Below are positions 56,062 through 64,000 of a stretch of 64,000 nt of DNA, piece by piece (position 1 is the stretch's first letter; every line of letters begins with the position of its first letter). The position numbers and the translations under genes are program-made. Source of the stretch: an uncultured Candidatus Saccharibacteria bacterium (GTDB taxonomy: Bacteria; Patescibacteriota; Minisyncoccia; Phycocordibacterales; CAYRGE01); the NCBI GenBank assembly GCA_964612415.1, contig CAZTCT010000001.1:455-64454 (forward strand). Reading direction: 5' to 3'. The notes below the pieces were generated by a model. The model was not told the DNA's origin, ran no database searches, and worked only from the letters and a program-made list of their open reading frames with translations.

Positions 56062-56475
56062 TTGAATATGAAAACAAAACTTGAGATGTACGCACCAGCC
56101 CTGGGGCGAATACTTATCGGCGTTCTTTTCCTTATGGCAAGCTTTGGAAAGTTCCCTTGGGGAGACGGGTTTGCAGGATCGGTAGCATACGCACAATCTG
56201 TCGGAATTCCAGTGGTTAATCTTGCTATTGTACTTGCTTTCATCATTGAGTTCTTTGGTGGGCTCATGCTTATCTTCGGATATAAGACAAAGATTGCCTC
56301 CTGGACACTTGCTCTCTTCACGGTCATTGTGACCCTCTATTTCCACATGGACTTTGGCGATCAGACACAACTGACCATGTTCTTGAAGAATGTTGCGATT
56401 CTTGGCGGTCTCTTGCTTCTTGCCACATACGGCGCAGGAAAATGCAGTTTGGACAACCGTAAGAAAATGGCGTAG
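56062..56475 (+). CDS. DoxX-family membrane protein.
   Basis: ALGRILIGVLFLMASFGKF...TLYFHMDF...LKNVAILGGLLLL is a DoxX pattern with 4 TM helices. Confidence 0.8.
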   Translation: MNMKTKLEMYAPALGRILIGVLFLMASFGKFPWGDGFAGSVAYAQSVGIPVVNLAIVLAFIIEFFGGLMLIFGYKTKIASWTLALFTVIVTLYFHMDFGDQTQLTMFLKNVAILGGLLLLATYGAGKCSLDNRKKMA

Positions 56476-56495
56476 GAACGATTCGTTTCTTAAAA

Positions 56496-56527
56496 CAAAA
56501 AGCGCACATGTGTGCGCTTTTTGTTTT
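56496..56527 (+). terminator. Rho-independent terminator after the DoxX gene.
   Basis: AAAAAGCGCACA-TG-TGTGCGCTTTTTGTTTT. Confidence 0.75.
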
Positions 56528-56559
56528 GGAACAAGCGCAATTCTTGTTAAAATACCCGC

Positions 56560-57045
56560 ATGGATACGGAAAGCCCCAACCAACAACAAGAAGCCTCCCT
56601 GTTTGAATGGGAAACTCTTGAATATGAATACCGTAAGAAAGCCCTAGACTGGTATTGGGCGGTTGGGATCATTGTGCTTTCCTTCACTGTTGCTGCATAT
56701 CTTTTGGACAGTTTCTTTTTTGCGGCCCTAGTCGCTGTATCGGGCTTTGTCCTTCTCCTGTATGGAGCTAAGAAACCTGGTGTATTAGTTTGCAGAATCC
56801 TCCCAAGAGGAATTCAGGTGGACCGCCGCCTCTACCCCTTCATCTCTCTGGAATCTTTCGGCATAGACGAGACAGGTGCTCCAAAGCTTGTGATTAAGTC
56901 AAAAAAGGTTCTTGCCCCCTTCCTTGTCTTGCCCCTTGGGGACACTCCAGTAGAAAACGTGCGTGAAGCACTTCTCCCACATCTTACAGAAGAAGAGCAC
57001 CAAGAACCTCTCCCACAAAAAATACTTGAGCGCTTGGGCTTCTAG
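56560..57045 (+). CDS. Hypothetical membrane protein with 2 TM helices.
   Basis: 161 aa with two adjacent hydrophobic helices. No recognisable motif. Confidence 0.45.
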   Translation: MDTESPNQQQEASLFEWETLEYEYRKKALDWYWAVGIIVLSFTVAAYLLDSFFFAALVAVSGFVLLLYGAKKPGVLVCRILPRGIQVDRRLYPFISLESFGIDETGAPKLVIKSKKVLAPFLVLPLGDTPVENVREALLPHLTEEEHQEPLPQKILERLGF

Positions 57046-57075
57046 CCCTTTCATGTTAGAGTTCTCTCCACATAA

Positions 57076-57147
57076 GCCCTCGTCGTTCAACGGATAGGAC
57101 GCAAGCTTGCGGAGCTTGTAATTGAGGTTCGATTCCTCACGAGGGCA
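57076..57147 (+). tRNA. tRNA-Arg with anticodon read as GCG.
   Basis: GCCCTCGTCGTTCAACGGATAGGACGCAAGCTTGCGGAGCTTGTAATTGAGGTTCGATTCCTCACGAGGGCA. Anticodon stem CAAGC/GCTTG, loop UUGCGGA. Paralogous to the Arg(TCT) gene at 47225. Confidence 0.7.
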
Positions 57148-57154
57148 TAAGGCA

Positions 57155-57180
57155 GAAAAAGTGAACTGCTTCACTTTTTC
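57155..57180 (+). terminator. Terminator after tRNA-Arg(GCG).
   Basis: GAAAAAGTGAA-CTGC-TTCACTTTTTC. Confidence 0.7.
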
Positions 57181-57295
57181 GGGCGCTTATGCCAAGCGGA
57201 GCCATGTTTTGCAAGCTTGCAAAACAGGCGAGCTGGGGTCGAGGAATTTCAATCGCGACGGCGATTGGAATATCCGTGACCACAAAAGACACAGC

Positions 57296-57333
57296 AAAAA
57301 AAACAGCTCATCCGATCGGATGAGCTGTTTTTT
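57296..57333 (-). terminator. Terminator after rpsT; the palindrome is symmetric.
   Basis: AAAAAAAACAGCTCATCCGATCGGATGAGCTGTTTTTT. Confidence 0.75.
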
Positions 57334-57353
57334 AATCCCCTATGTTTACAGAG

Positions 57354-57620
57354 TTAGGCGCTTGCCTTATTGAGCATCTTGGTAAGGCGAGACTTTTTGC
57401 GAGACGCCGTGTTGGGCTCTATAACCCCGCGCTTGGCAGCCTTATCAATTGCTTTATAAGCAGAGGAGAGCATTTCTTTTGCCTTTCCCATCTCTTTTGC
57501 GCTTACAAGTTTCTTGATTTCTTTGACCGTATCGCGCATAGTCTTGCGGCGGCGGTCATTGAAGACACGCTTCCTGAGGGAAACGCGAAGTGCCTTTTTT
57601 GCTGATGAAGTATTCGGCAT
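57354..57620 (-). CDS. rpsT: 30S ribosomal protein S20.
   Basis: MPNTSSAKKALRVSLRKRVFNDRRRKTMRDTVKEIKK...KRGVIEPNTASRKKSRLTKMLNK is a canonical S20. Confidence 0.92.
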   Translation of the reverse strand: MPNTSSAKKALRVSLRKRVFNDRRRKTMRDTVKEIKKLVSAKEMGKAKEMLSSAYKAIDKAAKRGVIEPNTASRKKSRLTKMLNKASA

Positions 57621-57695
57621 ACCCGCATACTATATAGGAATCCTCTAAATTTGCAAGGAAATGCTCCCTCCCCTTTTTTGGTGTATAGTAATGCC

Positions 57696-58274
57696 ATGAT
57701 TTCTCGTATTTCTGGTATTGCCGTTTCAAAAACCCTTCGCTCAGTGGTTATAGATACTGGAGGAGTGGGATACAAGGTATTTGTTACTCCAGACACTCTC
57801 GCTCAGATCTCCCTTGATGCACCTTTTTCCCTTTGGACACATCTTGCTGTCAGAGAAGACGCCCTTGATTTATATGGATTCCCTACAGAGGGAGAGGTCT
57901 CTTTTTTCGAGATGCTCATTGGTGTTTCTGGGGTGGGCCCAAGAACCGCTCTTGGCATCATGGGGGTGGCGTCAGTAGAAACACTACGCACTGCAATCGC
58001 TTCTGGAGATACCGCCTATCTCACAAAAGTATCGGGTGTTGGGAAAAAAAGCGCCGAGAAGATCGCACTTGAACTCCGTGACAAGCTAGGTGCATATCAA
58101 ACAGAGGGAGCAGAGGCTGGACTCAGACAAGACTCGGAAGCGCTTGATGCACTAATGGCTTTGGGGTATTCGGCCAAAGAAGCCCGCGACGCCCTCAAAG
58201 AAATCCCCCCGGACACAAAAGGATCTGCCGAGCGCGTCCGCGAGGCACTCCGTACTTTGGGTGGATCAAAATAA
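57696..58274 (+). CDS. ruvA: Holliday junction branch-migration protein RuvA.
   Basis: MISRISGIAVSK...GGVGYKVFVTP (OB domain), the HhH pairs GVSGVGPRTALGIM and VSGVGKKSAEKIALEL, and a C-terminal domain III. Start taken at the internal Met. Confidence 0.9.
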   Translation: MISRISGIAVSKTLRSVVIDTGGVGYKVFVTPDTLAQISLDAPFSLWTHLAVREDALDLYGFPTEGEVSFFEMLIGVSGVGPRTALGIMGVASVETLRTAIASGDTAYLTKVSGVGKKSAEKIALELRDKLGAYQTEGAEAGLRQDSEALDALMALGYSAKEARDALKEIPPDTKGSAERVREALRTLGGSK

Positions 58275-58280
58275 CATGGT

Positions 58281-59558
58281 ATGGATAAGATCCTTCGCGC
58301 AATAAAACGTCTTATTCCTCGCTCCCTCTTCCGCGCGCTCCAGCCTTTTTATCATTTTTCTCTTGCCCTCACCGGCGCCCTCCTCTACAGATTCCCTTCT
58401 CGACACATAGCTCTCATCGCTATTACTGGAACAAAGGGGAAAACTACTACGGTAGAGCTTGTGAACGCTATTTTAGAGAAAGCGGGATACAAAACAGCGG
58501 TAGCAAGCACACTGCGCTTCAAGATCGGTGACTCATCAGAGCGCAATCTGTTTAAGATGACTATGCCCGGACGCTTCTTTTTGCAGAAATTCCTCCGCAA
58601 CGCAGTAAGTGCCGGGTGTCAGTACGCAGTAGTAGAGATGACATCCGAAGGAGCCAAACAATTCCGTCACCGCTTCTTGGCGCTTGATGCACTTATTTTC
58701 ACCAACCTCTCGCCTGAACATATAGAGTCACATGGTTCGTACGAAAACTACAAGCAGGCAAAGCTTTCCATAGCCCGTGCGCTTGCTACATCAGACAAGC
58801 CTCGCCGTATCATGGTGGTAAACGGTGACGATAAAGAATCCCCTGACTTCCTTTCTGCTGGTGCATCAGAGAATATTTCGGTAAAGCTCTCCGATGTCGC
58901 CCCTTACCAAACAAGTGATCACACAGCTTCTTTCACTTGGAACACTGCGCCTGTTTCACTAAAACTCCCTGGGCTTTTTAATATCACCAACGCCGCACTT
59001 GCAGCTGGCTTCGCAAAGACTCAGGGGATTTCTGACGAAATCATAGTCTCAGCACTTTCTGAATTCTCTGGAGTTCGCGGACGAATGGAATTTGTAGAGG
59101 AGGGTCAACCATTTTCGGTCGTGGTTGATTACGCTCACACCACAGACTCTTTGCAAAAAGTTTATGAGGTATTTTCGGATAAATCCCGCATTTGTGTTTT
59201 GGGAGGAACGGGTGGTGGACGCGACACATGGAAAAGAAAGGAGATGGGAGCAATCGCCGCAAAATACTGTGAAAGTATTATTCTCACAAACGAAGATCCT
59301 TATGATGAAGACCCGGAAAAAATAATTCGTGACGTTGCTGAAGGAATACCGCAAGGTAAATACGAAATTGTAATTGACCGCCGCGCCGCTATTGCACGCG
59401 CGTTCTCAATCGCACAAAAGGACAATGTAGTGCTTCTCACCGCAAAAGGTACGGACCCCTACATCATGGGACCACGCGGAAGCAAGATCCCTTGGGATGA
59501 CGCAAGTGTCGCAAGAGAAGAGCTTGCGAAACTTGGTTATCGATCAAGCGCACGGTAA
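58281..59558 (+). CDS. Mur ligase family protein (MurE-like, lacking the usual N-terminal domain).
   Basis: P-loop ITGTKGKTTTVELV and the DYAHTTDSLQKV motif. 425 aa. Confidence 0.65.
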   Translation: MDKILRAIKRLIPRSLFRALQPFYHFSLALTGALLYRFPSRHIALIAITGTKGKTTTVELVNAILEKAGYKTAVASTLRFKIGDSSERNLFKMTMPGRFFLQKFLRNAVSAGCQYAVVEMTSEGAKQFRHRFLALDALIFTNLSPEHIESHGSYENYKQAKLSIARALATSDKPRRIMVVNGDDKESPDFLSAGASENISVKLSDVAPYQTSDHTASFTWNTAPVSLKLPGLFNITNAALAAGFAKTQGISDEIIVSALSEFSGVRGRMEFVEEGQPFSVVVDYAHTTDSLQKVYEVFSDKSRICVLGGTGGGRDTWKRKEMGAIAAKYCESIILTNEDPYDEDPEKIIRDVAEGIPQGKYEIVIDRRAAIARAFSIAQKDNVVLLTAKGTDPYIMGPRGSKIPWDDASVAREELAKLGYRSSAR

Positions 59559-60019
59559 AGAACAACTCCCGCTGCAACAGAAACGTTGAGAGATTCCTTC
59601 TCCCCTTTCATCGGGATTTCTATTACTTCTTCACAATATTTAAAAATTGATTGTGCCAACCCATCAACCTCGTTCCCAAAGATAAATGCTGTTTTGTTCC
59701 TAGTTCTAAATTTTTTATAATCTTTCGCTCGCTTATGTTGTTCAACTGCAATAATGACATACCCTGCTTTCTTTAGCTTTTTTAAAATTGGCGGAAGTGT
59801 ATTGTAATGTTCCCATGCAACAAACTTTTCTGCACCAAGAGAAGCTTTTGCAACATCCTTACGATCTACCCCAAATCGATCTACTGGTGTGGGTGTGTAC
59901 CCTGTCAAAATAATTTTTTGCACCCCAGCACCGTCAGCGGTACGGAATATAGCACCGACGTTTTGAGCACTTCTTATGTTGTGTAAGATAACGATGTTTT
60001 CTTTTCTCATCGCCGCCAT
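59537..60019 (-). CDS. TrmH/SpoU-family RNA 2'-O-methyltransferase.
   Basis: HNIRSAQNVGAIFRTADGAG...FIFGNEVDGL...LNVSVAAGVVLY are the SPOUT motifs. Confidence 0.88.
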   Translation of the reverse strand: MAAMRKENIVILHNIRSAQNVGAIFRTADGAGVQKIILTGYTPTPVDRFGVDRKDVAKASLGAEKFVAWEHYNTLPPILKKLKKAGYVIIAVEQHKRAKDYKKFRTRNKTAFIFGNEVDGLAQSIFKYCEEVIEIPMKGEKESLNVSVAAGVVLYRALDR

Positions 60020-60045
60020 TATGGCACATTTCTTGGGTTAAGTGC

Positions 60046-60465
60046 ATGTGCTACAATCAACCCATGCTTGCGACATTCCCCCATCTTTTTGACTACTTGT
60101 TGATAGCGCCAACACTGCTTCGCATTATTGTTGGAATTATCTTACTTTCTTTCGCGTACAAAATGTACATGCGCAAGGAGTGGGGACAAAAGACCATTTC
60201 GCGAATTGGAGTTGCTCCTGTTTTTTTCTTTTGGGTGCTCTTTATTTTCGCCGGCCTGCTCGGAGGACTTTTTCTTATCGTAGGACTTTTCACTCAAATA
60301 GTTTCGTTGGCACTCGCACTTTTTTATGGAGCTGCATTTTTTATCTCTTTGCGCGAACCAGAGGTGTTTGAAAATCGTCCAGAGTTTTTTATCCTCATGG
60401 CTGTCGTGTGCCTCTCACTCGTATTTCTCTACCCTGGTCTTTGGACGATCGATATCCCTGTGTAA
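60046..60465 (+). CDS. Hypothetical 4-TM membrane protein.
   Basis: 139 aa with four hydrophobic helices. Confidence 0.45.
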   Translation: MCYNQPMLATFPHLFDYLLIAPTLLRIIVGIILLSFAYKMYMRKEWGQKTISRIGVAPVFFFWVLFIFAGLLGGLFLIVGLFTQIVSLALALFYGAAFFISLREPEVFENRPEFFILMAVVCLSLVFLYPGLWTIDIPV

Positions 60466-60587
60466 TGACATATTGAGATTCGTGTGGTAGTATGGCGCCC
60501 AAGGTTTCCCGAGGAATATAGTCTGCCCATGAGTAGATTGAGAGTCTCCCGAAAACATAAGTGGTAAGATAATTCTGCTGGTACATA

Positions 60588-60660
60588 TCCGCCCATAGCT
60601 CAGTCGGTAGAGCAGTTGCCTTTTAAGCAAACGGTCGTAGGTTCGATTCCTACTGGGCGG
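60588..60660 (+). tRNA. tRNA-Lys (TTT).
   Basis: CCGCCCATAGCTCAGTCGGTAGAGCAGTTGCCTTTTAAGCAAACGGTCGTAGGTTCGATTCCTACTGGGCGGA. Anticodon loop CUUUUAA. First acceptor pair is C1-G72. Confidence 0.8.
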
Positions 60661-60667
60661 ACAAATG

Positions 60668-60700
60668 ACAAAAAATCTCCCTTAGGGGAGATTTTTATTT
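60668..60700 (+). terminator. Terminator after tRNA-Lys.
   Basis: AAAAAATCTCCC-TTAG-GGGAGATTTTTATTTT. Confidence 0.75.
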
Positions 60701-60978
60701 TGCCCGAAGAGTAGCTCGCCGCCCCTATAGAAACTTTACTTATCCACAACCGTCCCATTGTCGGTATTTATGGCAGAGATATAATTACTTCAGATTTGAG
60801 TGGCAGTGCGCAAAATCGGACCGGGTCTGGTTGCCCATAAAAACCAATTAAAAAGTCCGCTCGCGCACGAGCTTCACATACCGTTCATTCACAACCCAAA
60901 AGTTTTTTCTCCCCATCTGTTCTTTATCTCCTATTTTTTAAAAGCCTCGCTCATGCGAGGCTTTTTCTTTTCTATTAT

Positions 60979-61701
60979 TTATATGGTGAGAGCAATACGC
61001 TCCAGTGCGTGAGCGAACTCCGTCTCTCCTTGATGTGCGCGATGATATGTATCAACAAGGTCTTGGGATAGCTTTGTCAGTTCTTCGTTTGTGAAATTCT
61101 TTGCATACCTTGTAGCATTTTTTAAAACGAATGGATTTAGTCCCGTATTAGATTCTTTTCCTTCCGCAGCATCTTTTGCAAGTGACATTGCTTTCACCTG
61201 CCAAAAAAGCGTTCCATGAATTTCTTCAGGTGCAATACCTTTTTCAAGTGCGTTCATAAGAAGCAGCCACATCCTCTTTTTGTCACGTTCGCCAAGAGCA
61301 TTGGCAAGCGTAAAAATATTAAAGTCCTGTTTTTTGTTGTATGGGTCCTCTTCGCACGCATGCGTAGATATCGCTACTTTCCCGATTTTTTTCGCAAGAC
61401 GTGCATCAAACGCATTCTCCAAAACTATAAAAAATTTACTGGATGCAGAAAGTGATTCGAGGTTTGCCAGAAGAAATTCTTTTGCATCAGCGTCCTTACA
61501 CCACTCGGAAAGCACGATCATTTGTTTTTGAGAAAAAAGATCTGTCTCTTCTGTGAGCGTAGTAAGTGTATCATTCCCCGCCTCATCACCAGACACAACA
61601 ACAATCACAGCACTAGGACTTTCTTTTAGAAATTTCTTTTTTTCTTCTTCAAGAGCCTTCCTTGTCCCTTGTCTGTCTGTGCCGTAAATGAGCGTAAGCA
61701 T
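60979..61701 (-). CDS. holA: DNA polymerase III delta subunit (HolA-like), short form.
   Basis: 240 aa with a delta-subunit-like N-terminus (LTLIYGTD...LFSQKQMIVLSE...). Ends 2 nt before the polA stop. Confidence 0.5.
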   Translation of the reverse strand: MLTLIYGTDRQGTRKALEEEKKKFLKESPSAVIVVVSGDEAGNDTLTTLTEETDLFSQKQMIVLSEWCKDADAKEFLLANLESLSASSKFFIVLENAFDARLAKKIGKVAISTHACEEDPYNKKQDFNIFTLANALGERDKKRMWLLLMNALEKGIAPEEIHGTLFWQVKAMSLAKDAAEGKESNTGLNPFVLKNATRYAKNFTNEELTKLSQDLVDTYHRAHQGETEFAHALERIALTI

Positions 61702-61702
61702 A

Positions 61703-64000
61703 TTATCTTTCGTAAGATTTTAACTCTCCCCAACTTGGTCCGACAGAGACATTCACCACAAGCGGCACAGTGACTTTCTCCACTTTTTCCATAGCATTTT
61801 TTATAAGCTTAACCGCTACTTCAATAGAGTTATTTTCTACTTCGTAGATAAGTTCGTCGTGTACCGACAAAAGCAAGTGGGTATTTTCTCCAAGCCTCCC
61901 GTCTTCAATAGCTTTGTCCGCTTGGATTGTTGCTATCTTCATAATATCAGCTGCCGTTCCTTGCAGTGGTGCGTTCATTGCCATACGCTCCGCTTGCGCG
62001 CGTACATAGGGGATGCGTGACTTGATGCCAGAAAACATTCGCCTTCTCCCAAATAATGTTTTCGTGTACCCAAACTTTTTTGCTTCTGCTTTTACTTTTT
62101 CAAAGTATGAAGATATGGCAGGAAAAGTTTCGAAATATTGATTGTAGAAACTCTGTGCCTCTTCCCTTGTTGAGCCGAGGTTTTCCCGAAGCGCATTCAC
62201 CCCCATGCCATAGATGATCCCAAAGTTGATCACTTTCGCTTGCCTTCTCATGTTTTTAGTAACCTCATCCTCTGATACTCCAAAGACCCGCGCTGCAACA
62301 TTGGCATGAATATCTTTCCCTTCTTTAAAAATATTAACGAGGGTCTCGTCTCCGGAGAGCTCGGCAAGCACCCGGATTTCTATCTGAGAGTAGTCAAAGG
62401 CAACAAGCGAGTGCCCTTTCTCGGCAATGAACCCATTTCTTATTAACATCCCAGCCCCCTCTTTGACCGGTATGTTTTGTAGATTTGGATTGGACGAGGA
62501 CATTCTTCCTGTTGTCGTACCAGTCTGATTGAGATTTGTATGCAAGCGCCCGTCCGCCCCAACCATTTTTGGAATCACATCTATATATGTAGAGAGAAGC
62601 TTCTGGAGCTCTCTGTAACTTAAAATATGCCCGATGATTTTGTGCTCCCCAGAGAGCTTGAGTAGCTCAGACTCTCTAGTAGAGCGCGCACCTCCAGATG
62701 TCTTCTTTAGGCCTTTGGCAGTCAGTTTGAGCTTATCAAAAAGCACTTCGCCAAGCTGTTTTGGTGAATTAATGTTAAATTGCACTCCTGCTTCATCCCA
62801 TATTTTCTTCTCGATAGCCGAGAGCTCCTTATGATAAGTGCCCGAGAGCGTATTGAGATAGTCTGTGTCGATAAGAATGCCTTTTTGCTCTGCCTTCCTA
62901 ATAATAGGAATGAGCGGCTTCTCTATATGTTCAAAAATGTAAGTAAGTTCCCTTTTTTTAAGTTCGCCCTCAAGAACATGCTGCGCGGAGGACAAATTTT
63001 CTGTGTGGGTAAACCCAAGGATGTCATCGGGCGAGGGGTGGGCAAGGTCAGAGTTGATAAGCCACATCATTACTTTCATCTCTTCGAGCTTTTCGGGAGA
63101 TACTGATGTGTCTTGTATCTCCTCTCCTCCATCTTCGCTCTCAGTAGTCTCCAGAGCTCCTCCCGCAAGATCTCGCAGGCGCTCTCGTAATGCGCGAAAT
63201 TCAAGCTCGGAAAAAAGCGCCTCTGCTTTTTTGAGATCAAATGTCTCTTCCCACGTCTTTTGGGGTATAGCAAATTTGATCGGGGCATCTCTTCTGATCG
63301 TGGCAAGGGTCTTCGAAAAAAGTGCCTCTTCCTCTCCCTCGCGAAGCAAATTCACAATTCGCGGTTTCATTCCTATATCAAGGATTTTCTTCTCGTCTTT
63401 TTTAAGCACTTTGTAGAGATTTTCAATTGAACCAAACTCTGTTACTAGCGCCGTGGCTGTCTTCTCTCCAATGCCAGAAATGCCAATGATATTGTCTGAT
63501 GGATCGCCTGCAAGCCCTTTGTAATCAGGGAGTGCCTCCGGCGGGAAACCATATCGCCCCTTTACCGCTTTTTCGTCGTAGAGCACTGTATCTTTGATCC
63601 CTTTTCGAAGAGTATATACTTGAACCCTTTTATCATCTACCAACTGCAGGGTATCCATATCTCCTGAGGCAATGATTGTCTGTAGTCCTTTTTCCTTTTT
63701 TGTAAGCTCAGTAATGGTGCCCAAAATATCATCTGCCTCAAACCCCGGTTCCTCATATATCGGTATATTGAGCGCCGCAAAAATATCTCGGGATCTTTTG
63801 ATTTGAGCAACGAGCGCTTCGTCAGCCTTGGGACGCTTCGCTTTGTAGTCTTCATACGCCTCGTGTCTAAACGTAGGGCCAGGTAGGTCATAACATGCAG
63901 CAACATAATCGGGCTTGAGCTCTTTGATGATCTTCATGAGCATTGCAGCGATACCATAGAGTGCGCCTGTGGGCTCACCCTTGCTTGAAGTGAACTCTGG
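61703..64000 (-). CDS. polA: DNA polymerase I; the N-terminus runs off the window end.
   Basis: 5'-3' exonuclease region (…TSSKGEPTGALYGIAAMLMKII...), then pol motifs A, B and C (DYSQIEIRVLA, RRQAKVINFGIIYG, VHDE). The frame stays open past 63943 to 64000. Confidence 0.95.
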   Translation of the reverse strand, partial: PEFTSSKGEPTGALYGIAAMLMKIIKELKPDYVAACYDLPGPTFRHEAYEDYKAKRPKADEALVAQIKRSRDIFAALNIPIYEEPGFEADDILGTITELTKKEKGLQTIIASGDMDTLQLVDDKRVQVYTLRKGIKDTVLYDEKAVKGRYGFPPEALPDYKGLAGDPSDNIIGISGIGEKTATALVTEFGSIENLYKVLKKDEKKILDIGMKPRIVNLLREGEEEALFSKTLATIRRDAPIKFAIPQKTWEETFDLKKAEALFSELEFRALRERLRDLAGGALETTESEDGGEEIQDTSVSPEKLEEMKVMMWLINSDLAHPSPDDILGFTHTENLSSAQHVLEGELKKRELTYIFEHIEKPLIPIIRKAEQKGILIDTDYLNTLSGTYHKELSAIEKKIWDEAGVQFNINSPKQLGEVLFDKLKLTAKGLKKTSGGARSTRESELLKLSGEHKIIGHILSYRELQKLLSTYIDVIPKMVGADGRLHTNLNQTGTTTGRMSSSNPNLQNIPVKEGAGMLIRNGFIAEKGHSLVAFDYSQIEIRVLAELSGDETLVNIFKEGKDIHANVAARVFGVSEDEVTKNMRRQAKVINFGIIYGMGVNALRENLGSTREEAQSFYNQYFETFPAISSYFEKVKAEAKKFGYTKTLFGRRRMFSGIKSRIPYVRAQAERMAMNAPLQGTAADIMKIATIQADKAIEDGRLGENTHLLLSVHDELIYEVENNSIEVAVKLIKNAMEKVEKVTVPLVVNVSVGPSWGELKSYER

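Overview
This 64 kb window is densely packed, mostly minus-strand housekeeping DNA from a small-genome bacterium. Several traits fit a Patescibacteria/CPR-like organism, but that is inference only: giant surface proteins, a type IV pilus module with no PilQ, very few biosynthetic genes, and extended low-complexity tails on ribosomal proteins. Recognisable genes are ftsK, recA-efp, the rpsF-ssb-rpsR operon, metG, recO, ileS, argS, tmk, a long-form dCTP-deaminase-like gene, dut, rplK-nusG-secE, a histidine kinase/response regulator pair, pgi, a complete cyoABCDE quinol-oxidase operon, rplS, an RluA pseudouridine synthase, pilMNO, the YqgF resolvase, a SixA-like phosphatase, mltG, an ABC-2 exporter with an AbrB-like regulator, DoxX, an SdpI-like protein, ruvA, a Mur ligase, TrmH, holA and polA (which runs off the right edge). 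There are seven tRNAs: His, Leu, Val, Arg-TCT, Ser, Arg-GCG and Lys. Two large genes run off the window edges and are missing from the ORF track: the surface-protein gene at 1..2695 (minus) and polA at the right end. The most interesting observations are: (1) IleS carries an embedded, apparently complete histidine-phosphatase (RHG) domain. (2) A type IV pilin gene sits between two paralogous stand-alone C39-like cysteine-peptidase genes. (3) Three neighbouring tRNA genes are each followed by an inverted or direct copy of their own 3' end, next to a small-ORF islet and a GC-rich structured segment. (4) A secreted protein is built from three copies of a C-x5-C-x3-C-x8-C motif. (5) A dTTP gene cluster includes a divergent 457-aa gene that may be ThyX-like. 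(6) A palindromic terminator element recurs at three sites. Everything below comes from reading the sequence by eye. No database searches were run, and coordinates of short elements may be off by 1-2 nt.
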